Shown piece after piece: positions 10,332 through 20,886 of a stretch of 50,591 bases of DNA (its first letter is position 1; each line of letters begins with the position of its first letter). Origin of the DNA: Nanobdellota archaeon (GTDB taxonomy: Archaea > Nanobdellota > Nanobdellia > Woesearchaeales > GW2011-AR9). The stretch lies in NCBI GenBank assembly GCA_040751885.1, contig JBFMFP010000003.1, positions 1-50,591 of the forward strand, given 5' to 3'. The translations under genes and the position numbers were made by a program. Below the pieces are notes generated by a model. That model was given only the letters and a program-made list of their open reading frames with translations, was not told the origin of the DNA and ran no database searches.

Positions 10332-10451
10332 AAGTTTAAGTTCATAGAAGTTTAAATTCGTAGAAAATGTTTGTAGCGCAGCATAGAGAAAGTCCGTAAA
10401 AATAAGCGTCTACCCAAACATATATAAAAGAAAGATACAATCCTTCTAAGT

Positions 10452-11702
10452 ATGGCTTTGCCAATTACTTTGCCAATTACTAGTCTAAACATTACTTCCG
10501 GTGCTGTTCTGTCTTTCATAACTAATTATAAATATATTCTTCTCTTTTATCTTCTCGTTATTATCTTTCTGTATACCCAGCGGAAAAAAATTGAAACCCA
10601 GGCAAAGGTAATACTCCTTTACCGCATGAAATTTGGGCTTAAATGGATGGATAAATATGCCGGCAAATTCCGTGAATGGATTATTTTGCTTGGGTACATT
10701 GGCGTCGGTGCAGGATATGTGGGATTAGCTTTCATCTCTTATCTTCTCATCAAAAATCTTTACAGCCTGATAATTGCACCGGAAGCTGTCTCCGGCGTCT
10801 CTTTAGTCCTGCCCGGAATAAGCATCCCTGGAATGGGTGTACTGCCCTTCTGGTACTGGCTGATTGCTATCTTTATCATTGCTTTAGTCCATGAATTTTC
10901 CCATGGGATCGTCGCCCGAGCCCATAACATACCAGTTAAGAATACTGGGCTCGTTTTTCTTGGGCCTATCCTTGGCGCGTTTGTAGAGCCTGATGAAAAA
11001 AAACTAAAAAAGGAAACGGACATCAAACAATATTCGGTCCTTGCTGCGGGCTCGTTTTCAAACATCATTCTGGCTCTGCTTGCCCTCTTAATGCTCAATT
11101 TTGCATTCATGCCGCTGGAAAATATGATGGTTGAGCCAAAAGGATTTACCTTTGACAGCTATGTCAATGAATCCCTGCCCTTTTCCCAGGCAGGAATAGC
11201 CCCTAAAACAATCATCAATGGTATTAATGGCCAGCCTACTGACAACTTTCAGAAATTCAGTGACGAGCTGGCTTTTTACAGGCCGGGGGATAAAATTACA
11301 ATAAATACAATAAATGCTGCCGGAACTGCCAGCGAATATTCCCTCACTTTAGCAGCAAACCCCGATAACTCCAAAAAGCCATTCATGGGCATTAAAGATA
11401 TACATAATGAGTTTGAAAGCAAAGAAAAGTTTAAACACGGCTTCTGGAATATCCTTTACATCCTTACAAATTGGATTAATGGGCTTCTACGCTGGCTATT
11501 CCTGCTCAGCTTCGGAATAGGTTTGTTTAATCTGCTCCCGCTGCCGATTGTTGATGGCGGAAGGATGGCACAAGTATTTCTCTACAAATTAAAAGGCTCA
11601 GAGAAAGGAGAAAAAAGTTACCGCCGCCTGAGCATGTTTTTTCTGCTGATACTGTTACTAAATTTATTTTATCCACTGCTGATTAAGCTGTTTGGGTTTT
11701 GA
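10452..11702 (+). CDS. Site-2 protease (M50) with PDZ domain
   Basis: VHEFSH, GAFVEPD, NLLPLPIVDGG. Confidence 0.93.
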   Translation: MALPITLPITSLNITSGAVLSFITNYKYILLFYLLVIIFLYTQRKKIETQAKVILLYRMKFGLKWMDKYAGKFREWIILLGYIGVGAGYVGLAFISYLLIKNLYSLIIAPEAVSGVSLVLPGISIPGMGVLPFWYWLIAIFIIALVHEFSHGIVARAHNIPVKNTGLVFLGPILGAFVEPDEKKLKKETDIKQYSVLAAGSFSNIILALLALLMLNFAFMPLENMMVEPKGFTFDSYVNESLPFSQAGIAPKTIINGINGQPTDNFQKFSDELAFYRPGDKITINTINAAGTASEYSLTLAANPDNSKKPFMGIKDIHNEFESKEKFKHGFWNILYILTNWINGLLRWLFLLSFGIGLFNLLPLPIVDGGRMAQVFLYKLKGSEKGEKSYRRLSMFFLLILLLNLFYPLLIKLFGF

Positions 11703-11760
11703 AACTGTATTTGGGTTTTAAAACCGTTTAAGATTTATTTTAAGCTTTATTGCCTGCTTC

Positions 11761-12774
11761 CTAAACCTGCTCTTCCTTCCCCGCCACTTTTTCTGCCAAA
11801 TACTTTTCAGCTTCCATTGCCGCCATACATCCTGAGCCGGCAGCAGTTATTGCCTGCCTGAACCTGAAATCCTGAACATCACCGGCAGCAAAAACCCCCG
11901 GAATATTCGTATGCATAAATTTATCTGCTTTCAGGTAACCTCTTTCATCAACATCCAATTGTCCGGCAAATATTTCAGTATTAGGGATATGGCCTATAGC
12001 CAGAAAAACCCCGTCACAGGCAAAAGTGCTTGTTTTTCCGCTATTAACATTTTTTAGTTTAACTCCCTTAACAAACTTTCCGTCTCCCAAAATTTCTTCC
12101 ACTGTTGAATCCCAGAGAACACTTATCTTTTTGTTTTTCTTAACTTTGTCCTGCATAATTTTAGAAGCCCGGAATTCTCCACGGCGATGTACAATAGTTA
12201 CTTTGGAAGCAAATTTGGTCAGAAACGAGGCTTCTTCCATTGCTGAATCCCCGCCGCCGACAACAATTACCTCTTTGTTCCTGTAAAAAGCTCCGTCACA
12301 AGTTGCACAGACAGAAACGCCCCTGCCTTGATATCTCTTTTCTGAAGGAACACCTAGCCATCGCGCTGATGCTCCAGTAGCAATTACTACCGCTTTTGCT
12401 GAAATTTTCCTGCCGCTTGCTAAAGTCAATTCAAAAATATCCCTAACAACTCTAAATGCACTGACTGTATCTAACAAAAAACGTGCTCCGAATTTTTCAG
12501 CCTGCTTTTTGCTCCTTTCAACTAACTCTAATCCCTGGACACCATCAACAAAGCCGGGAAAATTTTCTACAGCAGTTGTTAAAGTTAGCTGTCCGCCTTC
12601 CTGCGGTCCGGAAATGACTAACGGAGACAAATCTGCCCTTGCTGCATAAATAGCAGCCGTGCAGCCGGCAATTCCTGAACCTAAGATCACCAGTTTTTCC
12701 GGCATCACCGGTTTTTCCGGTGTTACATCTTTGTCCTGCAAATGTTTAAGCGATTTTTTTCCCATTTTAAGCAA
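11761..12774 (-). CDS. trxB: Thioredoxin reductase
   Basis: GSGIAG, CATCDG, GGGDSA, VHRR, GVFAAGD; start uncertain. Confidence 0.95.
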   Translation of the reverse strand: MLKMGKKSLKHLQDKDVTPEKPVMPEKLVILGSGIAGCTAAIYAARADLSPLVISGPQEGGQLTLTTAVENFPGFVDGVQGLELVERSKKQAEKFGARFLLDTVSAFRVVRDIFELTLASGRKISAKAVVIATGASARWLGVPSEKRYQGRGVSVCATCDGAFYRNKEVIVVGGGDSAMEEASFLTKFASKVTIVHRRGEFRASKIMQDKVKKNKKISVLWDSTVEEILGDGKFVKGVKLKNVNSGKTSTFACDGVFLAIGHIPNTEIFAGQLDVDERGYLKADKFMHTNIPGVFAAGDVQDFRFRQAITAAGSGCMAAMEAEKYLAEKVAGKEEQV

Positions 12775-12775
12775 A

Positions 12776-12852
12776 TTATCTTTCTAATTTTATGTCTTCT
12801 TAAACTTATCTTTCTAATTTCACGTCTTCCTAAACTTATGTTTTCTTAATTT
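12776..12852. repeat. Imperfect 30-bp tandem repeat, ~2.5 copies
   Basis: ttatctttctaattttatgtcttcttaaac / ttatctttctaatttcacgtcttcctaaac. Confidence 0.75.
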
Positions 12853-12895
12853 TTTTCCTAATTTTAACAGCCATATTTTAATCTACTTTTAATCT

Positions 12896-14479
12896 TTAAC
12901 AATTCTTCAGCAGATAATACATTAAAAACCTTACTCCTGAGCCGGTAGCCCCTTTTTGCAAATACGCCCCGTCTACATACCAATAAGCAGAACCGGCAAT
13001 ATCCACATGTACCCATTTTGCTCTTTCAATGAATTTATTTAAGAATACCCCCCCGGTAACCGGGCCGGCTTCATATCCCTTTCCCTTTAAGGAAGCATTG
13101 TTTAAATCTGAAATTGTTCCGTCCATCCAATCCTGATATTCTTCAAAAAAAGGCAAGGGCCAGACTCTGTCACCGCTTTCCATCCCCGCCTGGCTCAGTT
13201 TGCCCAGCAGCTGCTCATCATTACCAACCATGCCCGCAGCATAATAACCTAAAGCGACTACGCAGGCACCGGTTAAAGTAGCTAAATCAATTATACTTGC
13301 CGGAGCGTACTTTTTTTCTGCATAAGCTAAAGCATCAGCAAGGATTAGCCTTCCTTCAGCATCGGTATTGCCTATTTCTATAGTCTTTCCATTATAAGCC
13401 CGGACAATGTCTCCGGGATGCTGTGCTGAGCCGCTAACCATATTTTCACATACCGGAATAACTCCCACCAAATCTGCCTTTAACCCTAATTCGGCAGCCG
13501 TTTTAATCACTCCCAGAACAGCTGCTCCGCCGGCCATATCCGTTTTCATATCTTCTATGAACTTAGTCGGCTTTAAGTTATATCCGCCGCTGTCAAAAGT
13601 TATCCCTTTTCCCACAAGCACTATACACTTCTTTCCTCCCCTTTCCTCTTTCCTTCCCTCTTCCCTTCCCTCTCTCCTTTCCTCTTTCCTGCTTTGCCCG
13701 CCAGAGCACTTATACTCAAGAAGCAGTAATTTAGGTGCATTTTCGCTGCCTGCATTCACGCCCAGTAAGGCATTCATTCCTTCTTTTTGCAGCTCTGTTT
13801 TGTTTAGCACCTTCAGCTTAATTTTACCTGAGCCAGTTGAACCACCAGTTGAGCCAGTAGCTATTTTCCTTGCTACCAATTCCAAATATTCAGAATTAAC
13901 TACGCTTGCTGGCTCATTGACCAAATCGCGCACAAAATTGGTATTCTCAGCAATTAATTTTCCGACATTTAACCCCCTGCTCAAAAGAGCTTCCTGAGCA
14001 TTCCATTGGACAAACACGTTGTCTATAGCCTTTCTTTTTTCTTTTTTTTCTATGGAGAGATACTTTATAAAATCATAATCTGCCAGCACCAGCCCCTCGG
14101 CAACGGCTCTTCCCAGCAATTCCTGCTCAAATCTGTTCAAAGAACATGCAAGTGCGGTCAAATTGGTTGAAAAAGAAACAAATTTGCAACACTTAACATA
14201 ATTAACAGCTTTTCCCAAAGATTGCCGCACTTTTTCCAAAGTAAAATCCTGTTTTTTTCCCAGCCCCATGATGATTACTTTCTTAAACGGGAGGGCAGCA
14301 ATTTTTGTGGAATAAATTTCTCCAAACTTCTTAGAAAACTTCTTTTCTTTAAGAGCAACTTCAATTTCCTCAGCCAGTTCTTTATTATATGCTCTATAAT
14401 TGTCTTTATCTTCCTCAAACAGGCCTAAAAATAATGCCTCTGTCTTTCTCTCCAAATCTTTGATTAGTGTTATTTTCAT
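12896..14479 (-). CDS. pepA: Leucyl aminopeptidase (M17)
   Basis: VGKGITFDSGG, MKTDMAG, NTDAEGRL, ATLTG. Confidence 0.96.
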   Translation of the reverse strand: MKITLIKDLERKTEALFLGLFEEDKDNYRAYNKELAEEIEVALKEKKFSKKFGEIYSTKIAALPFKKVIIMGLGKKQDFTLEKVRQSLGKAVNYVKCCKFVSFSTNLTALACSLNRFEQELLGRAVAEGLVLADYDFIKYLSIEKKEKRKAIDNVFVQWNAQEALLSRGLNVGKLIAENTNFVRDLVNEPASVVNSEYLELVARKIATGSTGGSTGSGKIKLKVLNKTELQKEGMNALLGVNAGSENAPKLLLLEYKCSGGQSRKEERREGREEGRKEERGGKKCIVLVGKGITFDSGGYNLKPTKFIEDMKTDMAGGAAVLGVIKTAAELGLKADLVGVIPVCENMVSGSAQHPGDIVRAYNGKTIEIGNTDAEGRLILADALAYAEKKYAPASIIDLATLTGACVVALGYYAAGMVGNDEQLLGKLSQAGMESGDRVWPLPFFEEYQDWMDGTISDLNNASLKGKGYEAGPVTGGVFLNKFIERAKWVHVDIAGSAYWYVDGAYLQKGATGSGVRFLMYYLLKNC

Positions 14480-14709
14480 TTTAGCCAGCCCCTCTTTTTC
14501 TTTTTTGGATTGTTTTTGAATTATTTTTCTTAATGTGCTCTCTATTTCATTTATTTTTAGTTTATTTATCTTACTTACTCTATTTATTTCATTTATTTTT
14601 GATTGCTTATAAAGTATGAAATACTTTTAAGCTAGAGAAAATTATTTTTCAATTTTCTCGTTTGTTATTTTAATTCTTTTCTTGCTTCATTTTATCCCCT
14701 TATTTTCAG

Positions 14710-15504
14710 CTAAGAATACCTCTCAAATTTGATGTCCTCAGGTTTTACCCCGCTATTTAATAAATGCTCTTTAACAGCAGAAACCATCCCAGCCATCCCG
14801 CAGATATAAAAGGTTTTGCCTTGGGCGCTTTCCGGCAAATGTCTCTGCACTCTTCCTGTCTTGCCTGCCCACTCTTCCCTGGTTAAGGAAGGAATGTATT
14901 TAAAATTAGCATGCTTTTTCTCCATTTCCAGCAGCAAATCGTGAAAAATTAAATCCTTTTTGGTTTTTACACTGACAAGGAGAACAAATTTGCGCCGCGG
15001 AAACTTAGCCACGTTGGCAGTGATCATGTTGTATAACGGAGCTAAACCGCAGCCGCAGCCAATAAACCAATGCTCCTCATTTTTGCTCTGCTCATCAAAA
15101 ACAAAATGGCCAAACGGGCCTTTAACTTCTAATTTATCTCCTAACTTAAGCTCTTTAAACTTCCCTCCTGCAAAACCGCCTTCAATTATCTTAATTATAA
15201 AGCCTAATTTATTATCAAACTTATCTTCAGAACCGCCTGTTTTTTGTTTCTTTTTATTTCTGCTTGCAGGTTTTTTTTCCACCAATCCTTCCTGCAATTC
15301 ATTACCTTTTAACTCCGAGTCAAATATGGAATAAGAACGCGGCTTTTTAACTCCATCTCTTTCAATAACAAAAACAACAAACTGCCCGGGAATAAAAGAA
15401 AAATCTTCCGGCGCAGTGAGAGTTAATTTAATGATTTCCGGAGTAATCTGTTCTTTGCCTGTTACCGTAGCTTCAAACTCTCTTACTTTGGCTTCAAACT
15501 GCAT
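14710..15504 (-). CDS. FNR-like FAD/NAD(P)-binding oxidoreductase
   Basis: F.PGQF, RSYS, GPFG, GCGLAP, YICG, C-terminal FERYS. Confidence 0.88.
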   Translation of the reverse strand: MQFEAKVREFEATVTGKEQITPEIIKLTLTAPEDFSFIPGQFVVFVIERDGVKKPRSYSIFDSELKGNELQEGLVEKKPASRNKKKQKTGGSEDKFDNKLGFIIKIIEGGFAGGKFKELKLGDKLEVKGPFGHFVFDEQSKNEEHWFIGCGCGLAPLYNMITANVAKFPRRKFVLLVSVKTKKDLIFHDLLLEMEKKHANFKYIPSLTREEWAGKTGRVQRHLPESAQGKTFYICGMAGMVSAVKEHLLNSGVKPEDIKFERYS

Positions 15505-15575
15505 ATTATTGCTTATTTTTTACTCTTTTATAAAGGTTTGTCGGGAAGCAATACTTCTGGTTCTCTGAGGGCGCT

Positions 15576-15899
15576 TTAAAAAGAAAAGAAATGTTTCTTT
15601 AAATTAATTCTCCCGTTTATTACGGCTATCCCTTCCGCCTCCAGCCTGCCCACCTTTTTCTTAATATTTTCCTGCCCAGAGCCACAATACCCGCCAATCT
15701 CACCATTGCTCTTGACAACCTTAAAGCAGGGAATAAGCTGGGGCTCTTTGTTCATTTTTAATGCCCGCCCGACTGCACGATGAGATTTGCAACCCAATTT
15801 TTCGGCTATCGCTTTATAAGTAGTAACTTTCCCTTTTGGAATAAGTTTACATAAAGCATAAACATTCTCCACAAAGGCCGTGCTTCTTTTCCTGCTCAT
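15576..15899 (-). CDS. MGMT/Ogt-family alkylated-DNA repair protein (single domain)
   Basis: IPKGKVTTY, RAVG, IPCFKVV (variant of PCHRV), LEAEG. Confidence 0.85.
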   Translation of the reverse strand: MSRKRSTAFVENVYALCKLIPKGKVTTYKAIAEKLGCKSHRAVGRALKMNKEPQLIPCFKVVKSNGEIGGYCGSGQENIKKKVGRLEAEGIAVINGRINLKKHFFSF

Positions 15900-16336
15900 T
15901 TCCCGCTAGGATTCTGCTCCGTCGAATCCTGTCCAGCAGCCCCTCGCTCTGATTCATTGCCCAAGGCCCCTTTATTCTCTTTCGTATCCTCTGCCTGAGC
16001 ACATTTTTCCTCGCTGCATCTCTTATTATAATTCTCAATAAACTCCCTGACTTTATTTTCCCCTTTTGGCAAAGCAAACCTGCCTAAAGAATAATACTTC
16101 TTCTCTACCAGCCTTCCCCAGGAAAAATCGCCCTTCTCTTCCTCAATTTTATGCACCTCAATCTCTTTAGTCTGGATACCTTTACGCAAATGATAATAGA
16201 TGCTCCTTTGCGTCACTTTAGGGAAAACCTCATTGTAAATTTTGGCAATTTTATATCCGTAACTTTCTCCCAGGTAAAAAAGAATTTCTACAATGTTCTG
16301 CCGGATCTGGCTTTTCACAGGTCTTCCCGGAGGCAT
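15896..16336 (-). CDS. Winged-helix hypothetical protein
   Basis: GRPVKSQIRQ, YGY.IAKIY, RSIYYHL, KKYY.LG (PadR-like wHTH); ATGA overlap with the MGMT gene. Confidence 0.7.
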   Translation of the reverse strand: MPPGRPVKSQIRQNIVEILFYLGESYGYKIAKIYNEVFPKVTQRSIYYHLRKGIQTKEIEVHKIEEEKGDFSWGRLVEKKYYSLGRFALPKGENKVREFIENYNKRCSEEKCAQAEDTKENKGALGNESERGAAGQDSTEQNPSGK

Positions 16337-16582
16337 AAAGAAGGAAATAACTTCTTTTGTTTATATGCTTTTTGAATAAACCAGTAGTTGGCAAAGTTGA
16401 TAAAGCTTTGTTTTCAAAGTCTTAAAAATAAGATAGTTGTTCTCAGTTTTTCATTAAGAATTAGCTAAATCTCAATAAAAGTTGGGTAAAAGATAGAAGA
16501 AAGAGATTATCAAACACAAAAATAGTAGAAATGAGTATATTCACAGCTAACAAAATCTATTCAATTCCCGAAGAGATATTCG

Positions 16583-17978
16583 TTATCCACCGGGATCAAG
16601 ATAAGAGCAAAGCGTGTAAAGCATTACTCCGAACATCTTGGCAGTTATGAACGGTTCTTTTGGAATGAACTTCAATATTGCCAAACCAACCATAATGTTA
16701 GCCAGTATCCAGAGATTGTACAAGCATGCAGAGAACATAAAGTAGAATAATCTTACAACATAATTCTTTGATGTTGTTCTTGCTTTGAAATCCTGCTTGA
16801 CTCTGTAAGAAGTTTCTATCCCCCATCTTTTACCATATTCGCGAAATAGAATTTTTGAATTATCTTCAGTAACTCTAAGGTTTGTTGCAAATACTCTCTT
16901 GACATTTTCTTCGTCATTCACAATAGCAAGTTTGAATTTGACATGTTGGTATCTTGTATCACCCATAACATAATCGAGAATCTTAGGAGCATTGTTCTCT
17001 TTGATTAATTTTTGAATTGCTTTGTTCTGAACAGCAGGCATTAACCATTTGACTTTCTGATTGTAAAGAGTATCAATACATTTAACAGTAAAGAAACCTC
17101 TATCAACATAGACATTTCTGATGTTGATCTTGCTTTTAGCGTAAGTTATCAGTTCATCAAGAATTTTGTATTTCTCGTCAAAAGCGTGCATCGGTAAAGC
17201 AAGTAAGGTAAATCTAAGCGTGCATCGGTAAAGCAAGTAAGGTAAATCTTCTTCCATTCTCAACGATATTTATTGTGGCAAATCTGAAACAATGAGTTGT
17301 TCCATTTTGTGGTTTTGTCTAGCAAACCATGAAGTCATTTTTATTTCCATAATACAACCAGTCATGCAAGTCAATAGCAACATCTAATTTCTTCTTTTTG
17401 AAAACATTATTTTTCTTTGCTATCTTGAAAATCTCCTCGAATGCTTTTCTGAAATTCTTTCTCAATTCCTCTGTATCAGATTTTCTTATGTGGTAAAGTA
17501 GAGTATTTGAAGCAGGAGTATTTTCCTTCATTACAAATTTGAATGTCTGAGAACCATTATGCGTAAAGTCGTGATTCATCGCTACATGAGTCAATAAATC
17601 CAAGAACTTCTTTGTGTCATATTTTCCTGTGTAATGAACCTTGAAATCCAAGAATGGATAAATCGCTTCTTTGATAAGCTTGCATAGTTTCTTCAATTCC
17701 TTTGTCTTGACATTCTCTATGTCTTTGTGGTTAGACTGGAACTTGATTTGCTTAATCAGTTTTGTCGTCGGAGTAAATTTAGCGTTACAATCCTTGCATT
17801 TGTATCGTGCTTTCTTTCCTTCTTTTGTTATATTGTAGCCGAACTTTACAACATTAAAAGAACCGCAGAACCTGCAGGAAAGAGCTAAAGTCTCAGTTTT
17901 AGCAAACTTGCCGGAGCCGTCTTTAGCAATACTTTTAAATTGCTCCTTCTCCTTTATTCTATTGGTAGGGTTTTTCAT
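16583..17978 (-). pseudogene. ISH3-family (IS4 superfamily) DDE transposase with N-terminal zinc ribbon; disrupted
   Basis: VAIDLHD, VYVDRGFF, Y.KRWGIETSYR; in-frame TAG at 17319-17321 plus a 34-bp duplication frameshift. Confidence 0.88.
17182..17249. repeat. Perfect 34-bp tandem duplication inside the transposase
   Basis: aagcgtgcatcggtaaagcaagtaaggtaaatct x2. Confidence 0.95.
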
Positions 17979-17994
17979 AGCGAACGACTCTATC

Positions 17995-18029
17995 ACTGCA
18001 GGGTTGGCCTTCGAAACTAGCCCTGCAGT
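17995..18029 (-). promoter_or_regulatory. GC-rich hairpin in the transposase 5' region
   Basis: actgcaggg...ccctgcagt 9-bp perfect stem, extendable. Confidence 0.55.
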
Positions 18030-18161
18030 TTACATTTACTATTTACATATTATATACGTTATTAGTATAACTAATATTTAAATATATCGGTGGTCAACTA
18101 TATAGGTCAATAGTTAAGTTTATATATCCTTAACATATCTATTATTATAGAGGATGAGAAA

Positions 18162-18404
18162 ATGGTAGAACCTTTGCCAAAGTGGATAATGCAACGCTAC
18201 TCTGCATTATGGAACAAATTCAAGGACAGGGAGTTTAACCACGAGGAAGCTTTCAAGACTCTTAACAAGGACAAGATGCTCAGCATTGTCTTATCAGAAT
18301 TAAGACAAGCTGGATGGCTGGAAATGAAGCTTAGCCCAGAAGATGCACGCAAAAGAATCTATAAACTTAAAAGTCCAGAACAGGCTGTTAAGGAAATGGA
18401 ATAA
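18162..18404 (+). CDS. Small winged-helix (MarR-like) protein; putative controller of the R-M operon
   Basis: LSELRQAGWL..KLSPEDARKRIYKL wing motif; first gene of the operon. Confidence 0.7.
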   Translation: MVEPLPKWIMQRYSALWNKFKDREFNHEEAFKTLNKDKMLSIVLSELRQAGWLEMKLSPEDARKRIYKLKSPEQAVKEME

Positions 18405-20084
18405 GTGATTAAAATGGCACAAAATATTTTACTTGAAAAAGAACAGGAAAATCTCCATTTAAGCATGAATACTTTGAGATCTCTACCTTATGAAGATAAA
18501 GTAATAAATCAAGTAATAAACAAAATAGAACAGGAAAACTTAATTAAAATTAATGAAGATACTTTAGGACTCTTATTCGAGAAACTAATAAAAGAACAGG
18601 AAAAAAAAGATTTAGGTCAATTTTATACCCCTCAAGAAATCGTTAATTACATAATTAGTTTTCTTAACATTAAACCAAATTCAAAAATTTTAGATCCAAC
18701 CTGCGGATGCGGCGTTTTCTTAGTAACTGTACATAATTTCCTAAAACGTACAAACCCTAACGCTATTAAAAATATCTACGGTATAGACCTAAATGATTCT
18801 GCAACCAAGATAACAAGAATAAATTTATGGTTGAGGAATGGCCACAATTTAAATTCTTTAAAAATTCTTGAAAGAAATATAAAAATTGGAAATTCGATTG
18901 TAGAGAATAAGCTTATTGATAAGAAGGCATTTAATTGGAAAGAACAATTTTCAGATATTTTTGATGAAGGTGGATTTGATTTTATTATCGGAAATCCCCC
19001 TTATGTGACTCTTAAAAATGAGAGAGATTACGATATAAAAGAATCTTGTTTTTCTCAGATAGCAAATGGAAATACTAATGCGGCTTCCTTAGTTATTGTC
19101 AAGTCTTACGAATTTCTCAAAGATGGAGGAATAATGGCTTTTGTTCTTCCTAAAACATTGATTAGGGTTAACTCATATGCAAAGTTGAGAGAATTTCTGT
19201 TAAATAATTCAAAAATCTTACATATCTTTGATTTAGGAACTTGCTTTAAAGATGTTAGAGGGGAGCAAATAATCTTATTTGTGCAGAAAACACATAAGAA
19301 ACAGGATATAAATAAAAATAAGATTTTAATTCGACTATTTGAAAGCAACAAAGAATTTTACATACCACAGAATATGTTAAAGAAGCACAATGCTTTTCTG
19401 CTGTTTGAAGATAAGACTTATTATGATTTGATAGAAAAGATTGAAGGAGAAAATTTTGGCGATATAGCAAACATCTTTAGAGGCATTGCACTAAGCCCAT
19501 ATTCTAAGATAGTTTCAAAATCAAATGGCAAGAATAAAATCCCAATTATTAAAGGAAACGATATTTCCAAATTTTCACATTCTAATACCTTTTATCTTGA
19601 TGCAATAAATCTAAAGAACAATTCCTTAAAATTAAGAGAATTCGATGAACGAAAAATTATACTTCAAAACATCTTTTCAAGTGAGGCCGGAATTATTTCT
19701 TGTATAGATGAAAGCGGTGATTTGAATTTTGATACTGTAACCAATGTCGTTCTTAAGAACAAGTCTTTTGAATTGGATTATATCTACGGATTATTGAATT
19801 CAAAACTGATTAATTTCTATCTAATCTATGCAGTTTACAATAAATCAAAACTTACAATGCATACAGACAAAATTTACCTTGGAAAAATACCGATTAAAAA
19901 AACTTCAAAAAGAAACCAAAGAGAAATTGGTAACATTGCAAGAAAACTTAATCCAAAAAATGCAAAAATTCTACTGCCAAAGTTAGATGAAAAAATCTAT
20001 AATCTTTATAACATAACTAAAAGTGAGCGGGTCAGAATAGATTTTGCACTGAAACGTATAATGTCCAAAAAGAGCGTGTGGTAA
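18405..20084 (+). CDS. N6-adenine DNA methyltransferase, gamma class (TaqI-like, with C-terminal TRD)
   Basis: GQFYTP, LDPTCGCGVF, IGNPPY, GLLNSKL; real start possibly ATG 18414. Confidence 0.92.
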   Translation: MIKMAQNILLEKEQENLHLSMNTLRSLPYEDKVINQVINKIEQENLIKINEDTLGLLFEKLIKEQEKKDLGQFYTPQEIVNYIISFLNIKPNSKILDPTCGCGVFLVTVHNFLKRTNPNAIKNIYGIDLNDSATKITRINLWLRNGHNLNSLKILERNIKIGNSIVENKLIDKKAFNWKEQFSDIFDEGGFDFIIGNPPYVTLKNERDYDIKESCFSQIANGNTNAASLVIVKSYEFLKDGGIMAFVLPKTLIRVNSYAKLREFLLNNSKILHIFDLGTCFKDVRGEQIILFVQKTHKKQDINKNKILIRLFESNKEFYIPQNMLKKHNAFLLFEDKTYYDLIEKIEGENFGDIANIFRGIALSPYSKIVSKSNGKNKIPIIKGNDISKFSHSNTFYLDAINLKNNSLKLREFDERKIILQNIFSSEAGIISCIDESGDLNFDTVTNVVLKNKSFELDYIYGLLNSKLINFYLIYAVYNKSKLTMHTDKIYLGKIPIKKTSKRNQREIGNIARKLNPKNAKILLPKLDEKIYNLYNITKSERVRIDFALKRIMSKKSVW

Positions 20085-20085
20085 T

Positions 20086-20886
20086 ATGGAAAAAAGAATG
20101 AACAATTTAGACGGGAAAACGTGGTTGCAATATTCTTTTAGTATTTGGCGGGATATTGAAAAAACTAATGGAGAATGGAAATTGAAACATCCGGCAATGT
20201 TTCCCACGCAACTAACTACTAGATTAATACAGATTTATACAAAAGACAAAGGAGAAGTTATTTTAGACCCCTTTCTAGGAAGTGGAAGCACAATTGTTTC
20301 TGCGTATCAGTTGGGTAAAAAGGGTATTGGTTTTGAATTATCACCTGATTATGTAAAACTCGCAAATGAGAGAATAAAAGGAGTGCAATTGAATTTAACA
20401 CAAACACCAAAAGATTTGATTAAACCAGAGATATACAACAGAACCGTTTTTGAAATATCAAAAGTTCTTCCAGAAAATTCTGTTGATTTAGTTATAACAT
20501 CACCACCGTATTGGGACATTCTAACAGTTGAGAGATCAGCGGACAGAAAAGCAATAAGAAAATATAGCGAATCAGAAGAAGACCTAGGAAATATTCATGA
20601 TTATAACAAATTCCTAGAAAAACTAAAGGAAGCATTTAATGGTGTGTATAAAGTGTTAAAGAAAGGTAAATATTGCATTGTTGTAGTAATGGACATCAGG
20701 AAAAAATCTAACTTTTATCCATTTCACATAGATCTAATAACTAAAATGAAAGAAATCGGATTTGAACTAGATGATATTATCATATGGGATAGGCAGAAAG
20801 AGTATAACAATATGAGACCACTTGGCTATCCATTTGTTTTCAGAGTAAATAAAGTACACGAATATATTTTGATATTCAAGAAGTGA
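20086..20886 (+). CDS. Amino-DNA methyltransferase, probably N4-cytosine, with motif I before motif IV
   Basis: HPAMFP, LDPFLGSGST, then ITSPPY, IIWD, HEYILIF. Confidence 0.88.
   Translation: MEKRMNNLDGKTWLQYSFSIWRDIEKTNGEWKLKHPAMFPTQLTTRLIQIYTKDKGEVILDPFLGSGSTIVSAYQLGKKGIGFELSPDYVKLANERIKGVQLNLTQTPKDLIKPEIYNRTVFEISKVLPENSVDLVITSPPYWDILTVERSADRKAIRKYSESEEDLGNIHDYNKFLEKLKEAFNGVYKVLKKGKYCIVVVMDIRKKSNFYPFHIDLITKMKEIGFELDDIIIWDRQKEYNNMRPLGYPFVFRVNKVHEYILIFKK

Noticed and set aside
10385-10410. RNase P RNA, because of GAAAGTCC
   Set aside because: The spacer is only ~120 bp and AT-rich, and the other conserved regions are missing.
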